Assembly: GCF_001194135.2 (NCBI RefSeq)
Contig: NC_068991.1
Coordinates: forward strand, 58,113,146-58,153,166
Source of the DNA: Octopus bimaculoides
Lineage: Eukaryota
Direction of reading: 5' to 3'
Length of the DNA: 40,021 bases
The translations under genes were made by a program, and so were the position numbers. Under the pieces are notes generated by a model. That model was not told where the DNA came from, ran no database searches, and saw only the letters and a program-made list of their open reading frames with translations. Below, in pieces: positions 37,552-40,021 of the stretch. Numbering within the stretch: the stretch's first letter is position 1; every line of letters starts with the position of its first letter.

Positions 37552-38588
37552 GTATATGCGTACGTACATAAATAGCAGCATAACAAACAGGTTCCTATAG
37601 ACTTAATCTATTGTCTACATTGCAATAATTATTTGAAATATTCTGTAAACATATTTGCACACAGCACATACACTAATACATATACACACGAACACACAAA
37701 ATACACGCGCATACACACTCACGCACACGTTTCTTAACGCTTATTTTCTAAATATGAGTGTATTTACGCGCGTATGTATTTTTAACGTTGTCCTCCAAGC
37801 AGATAACGATTCTCCATGTTTTCATTTACTTACATATCTGTTTCAAAATTGCAAATCATTTCCTTGTTTTTAACAACATACAATTTTTTTCTAAAAGCAT
37901 ATATATATATATAAGTATGGATATGCACATATATGAATACGCACATACACGTGTATATTGAAACTTATGCCATATTCCATTGAAATTTTCCTTTTGTTAA
38001 ATAGGTAGCACTTCGGTTATTTCCCCCTTAAAACACGACAGATATGACAAAGACTTCAATGTCAAAATATTCATCACACAATAGTCTCTACATACACGCC
38101 TAAGGTTAACGAATATTTCATTTAGCTGCCTCTACTAGGAAACCTCAACCACACGATGGTAAATTCCGTGGGCAAGGTATAGAACAAAGGAAATATAATT
38201 TCGCCTTTAGATTAATTAATTTAGAAGACACGAAACACATTACTTAAAGCCATCATTCCATATAATATAACGTGTGTATATGTATGTTTGAGTGGTTGTG
38301 TGTGCGCATGTGTATTTAAGTGTGCATGTTGTCTGTGAATGTGTAATTATGTATATCTGTATATATGGATATATTTATATATGTGTGTTCGTGTGTGTCT
38401 GTCTGTCTGTGTGTATTTGTTATATATACAGGCACACGCATGCCAATGCGTCAATGGATGTAAATTCCTTCTATTCGGATATTGTTTTGCGTGCATATAT
38501 ATATATATATATATACATACATGCATATATCTATATGATATCTATATCTATCTATATATATGAGTTTATGCGTGTGTGTATGTGTGTG

Positions 38589-38642
<54 letters not shown>

Positions 38643-38780
38643 TGTGTGTACATGTTCGGGATTAGTTGTCGTTTTTTTTTTGTTATATCTGCTTGAATAC
38701 ATATTCTTCGTATTTGTAATGTAAATATAATCCAATGCAAATTGTTTCGAAGCTCGTTCTTATATTATCATTTATATCAA

Positions 38781-38988
38781 CTGGCAGAATAGTTAGCACA
38801 CTGGACGAAAGTCTTGCCAGTATTTCGCCCGTCGCTATGTTCTAAGTTCAAATTCCGCCGAGGTCGACTTTGCCTTTCTTCCTTTCGGAGACGATAATTT
38901 AAACACCAATGAAATACTGAGGTCGATTAAAAAGCCCAGTACCCACCCTATAATTCTGAGGCCGTGTGCCTCCAGTAGACAGGATTAT
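38781..38988 (+). mobile_element. SINE family A, full copy
   Basis: CTGGCAGAATAGTTAGCAC..AGTTCAAATTCCGCCGAGGTCGACTTTGCCTTT..GTGCCTCCAGTAGA. Confidence 0.88.
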
Positions 38989-39407
38989 TTATATTAATTT
39001 AATTCTCTCGATGATTTGTTCATCGCGTATGCGCATGATAAAAAACCGACACCTACGTATGAAAAGAATTCGAAGTATCTATTATTCCTACAAAAATATT
39101 GTCATAGAAACAATGGTTTCTACTTAAGTCAAATGACCAGTAATCTTGATGAATGGATGTCATTCGTTACCATCAATCGCTGTATTTGACTGGAAATTTA
39201 GTTTATCGAATATGAGGGATATCAACAAAGTTAAATCCAAAGATATTTGAACTTGAAATATAACCAGTCAGAAGAAGTACTGCAAATCATTTTCGTCATG
39301 TTCTAATGATTCTGCCACGAGCTGTATTTGGAAACAGCAACAATAAAAAGAAACTAAGCTCTTGTAATTTATCTTATAGCATTATAAGAGTATCTAAAGT
39401 GGTGTGC

Positions 39408-39449
<42 letters not shown>

Positions 39450-39477
39450 GCATAAATATATACAGCCGACAAGGTAA

Positions 39478-39684
39478 GAAATAATTAAAATTCAGTTGAA
39501 AGGGTTACTTAGGTTTAGGCACCAAGTCTGTCCAGTTTTGTCCGCACACCTCGAAGGTAGGTGAATGAAAAGCAAATAAATAACCAGGATGTTTCGGTAT
39601 CAGTGCCTTACGTCCGTTTCAAGGGACTCAATTTAATCAATCAATGCAAACATTACATCAGTTTGAAATTAACCGAACCCTCTC
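39478..39684 (+). mobile_element. Unclassified interspersed repeat family E, copy 2
   Basis: Direct homologue of 31236-31438. Confidence 0.75.
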
Positions 39685-39869
39685 TTCGGATGCGTACGAC
39701 CATATAGATTTACAACATACAGGATACTTCATTATAGTTTTTTAGCAAACTTTTCATCAGTACTAGAGACTAAAGTACATTGCTTCTTTTTCCTTCAGCC
39801 TGACAAAAAGCAATGACGCATATGCGGGCTTCTTTCGGCTTCTGCGTAACAAAACAATTCAAGTGTATT

Positions 39870-39978
39870 CAGTTGCCCCCGGGCTATGGATGAAGACAAT
39901 TTACCAACGTTCCATGCAGTGCAACAGAACACGGAAGCATGTGGTTGCCAAGCAAATTTCTTAGCGCACAACCATACC
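39870..39978 (-). mobile_element. SINE family D head fragment
   Basis: CCCGGGCTATGGATGAAGACA..CCATGCAGTG..CATGTGGTTGCCAAGCAAATTTCTTA matches other D heads. Confidence 0.7.
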
Positions 39979-40021
39979 TTCTTGTACATGTTATACATAC
40001 ATACATACATATATACATACA

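Overview
AT-rich, repeat-dense eukaryotic DNA from a draft assembly, with 11 N-gaps totalling 2,667 bp. The SINE and microsatellite content looks like an octopod (Octopus-like) genome, but that is my inference. I cannot recognise any host protein-coding gene, rRNA, real tRNA or CRISPR array. Most ORFs in the supplied track are translations of (TA)n, (CA)n or (AAT)n tracts or of gaps. What the sequence does support: more than 25 copies or fragments of about four tRNA-derived SINE families, a decayed DD34E Tc1 transposase, several mariner remnants (two are TIR-bounded mini-elements), and a ~530-bp foldback element. The most interesting signal is a set of short interspersed repeats carrying hammerhead-ribozyme motifs. 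One copy has a complete minimal type-I core (365-399, minus strand), one has a mutated core but compensatory stem changes (7129-7164), and a three-copy family keeps CUGAUGA but lacks GAAA. A few stop-free segments between splice-like signals could be exons of an unrecognised plus-strand gene, but the evidence is weak. Family letters A-E are my own working labels, and repeat boundaries are by eye (about +/-10 bp).
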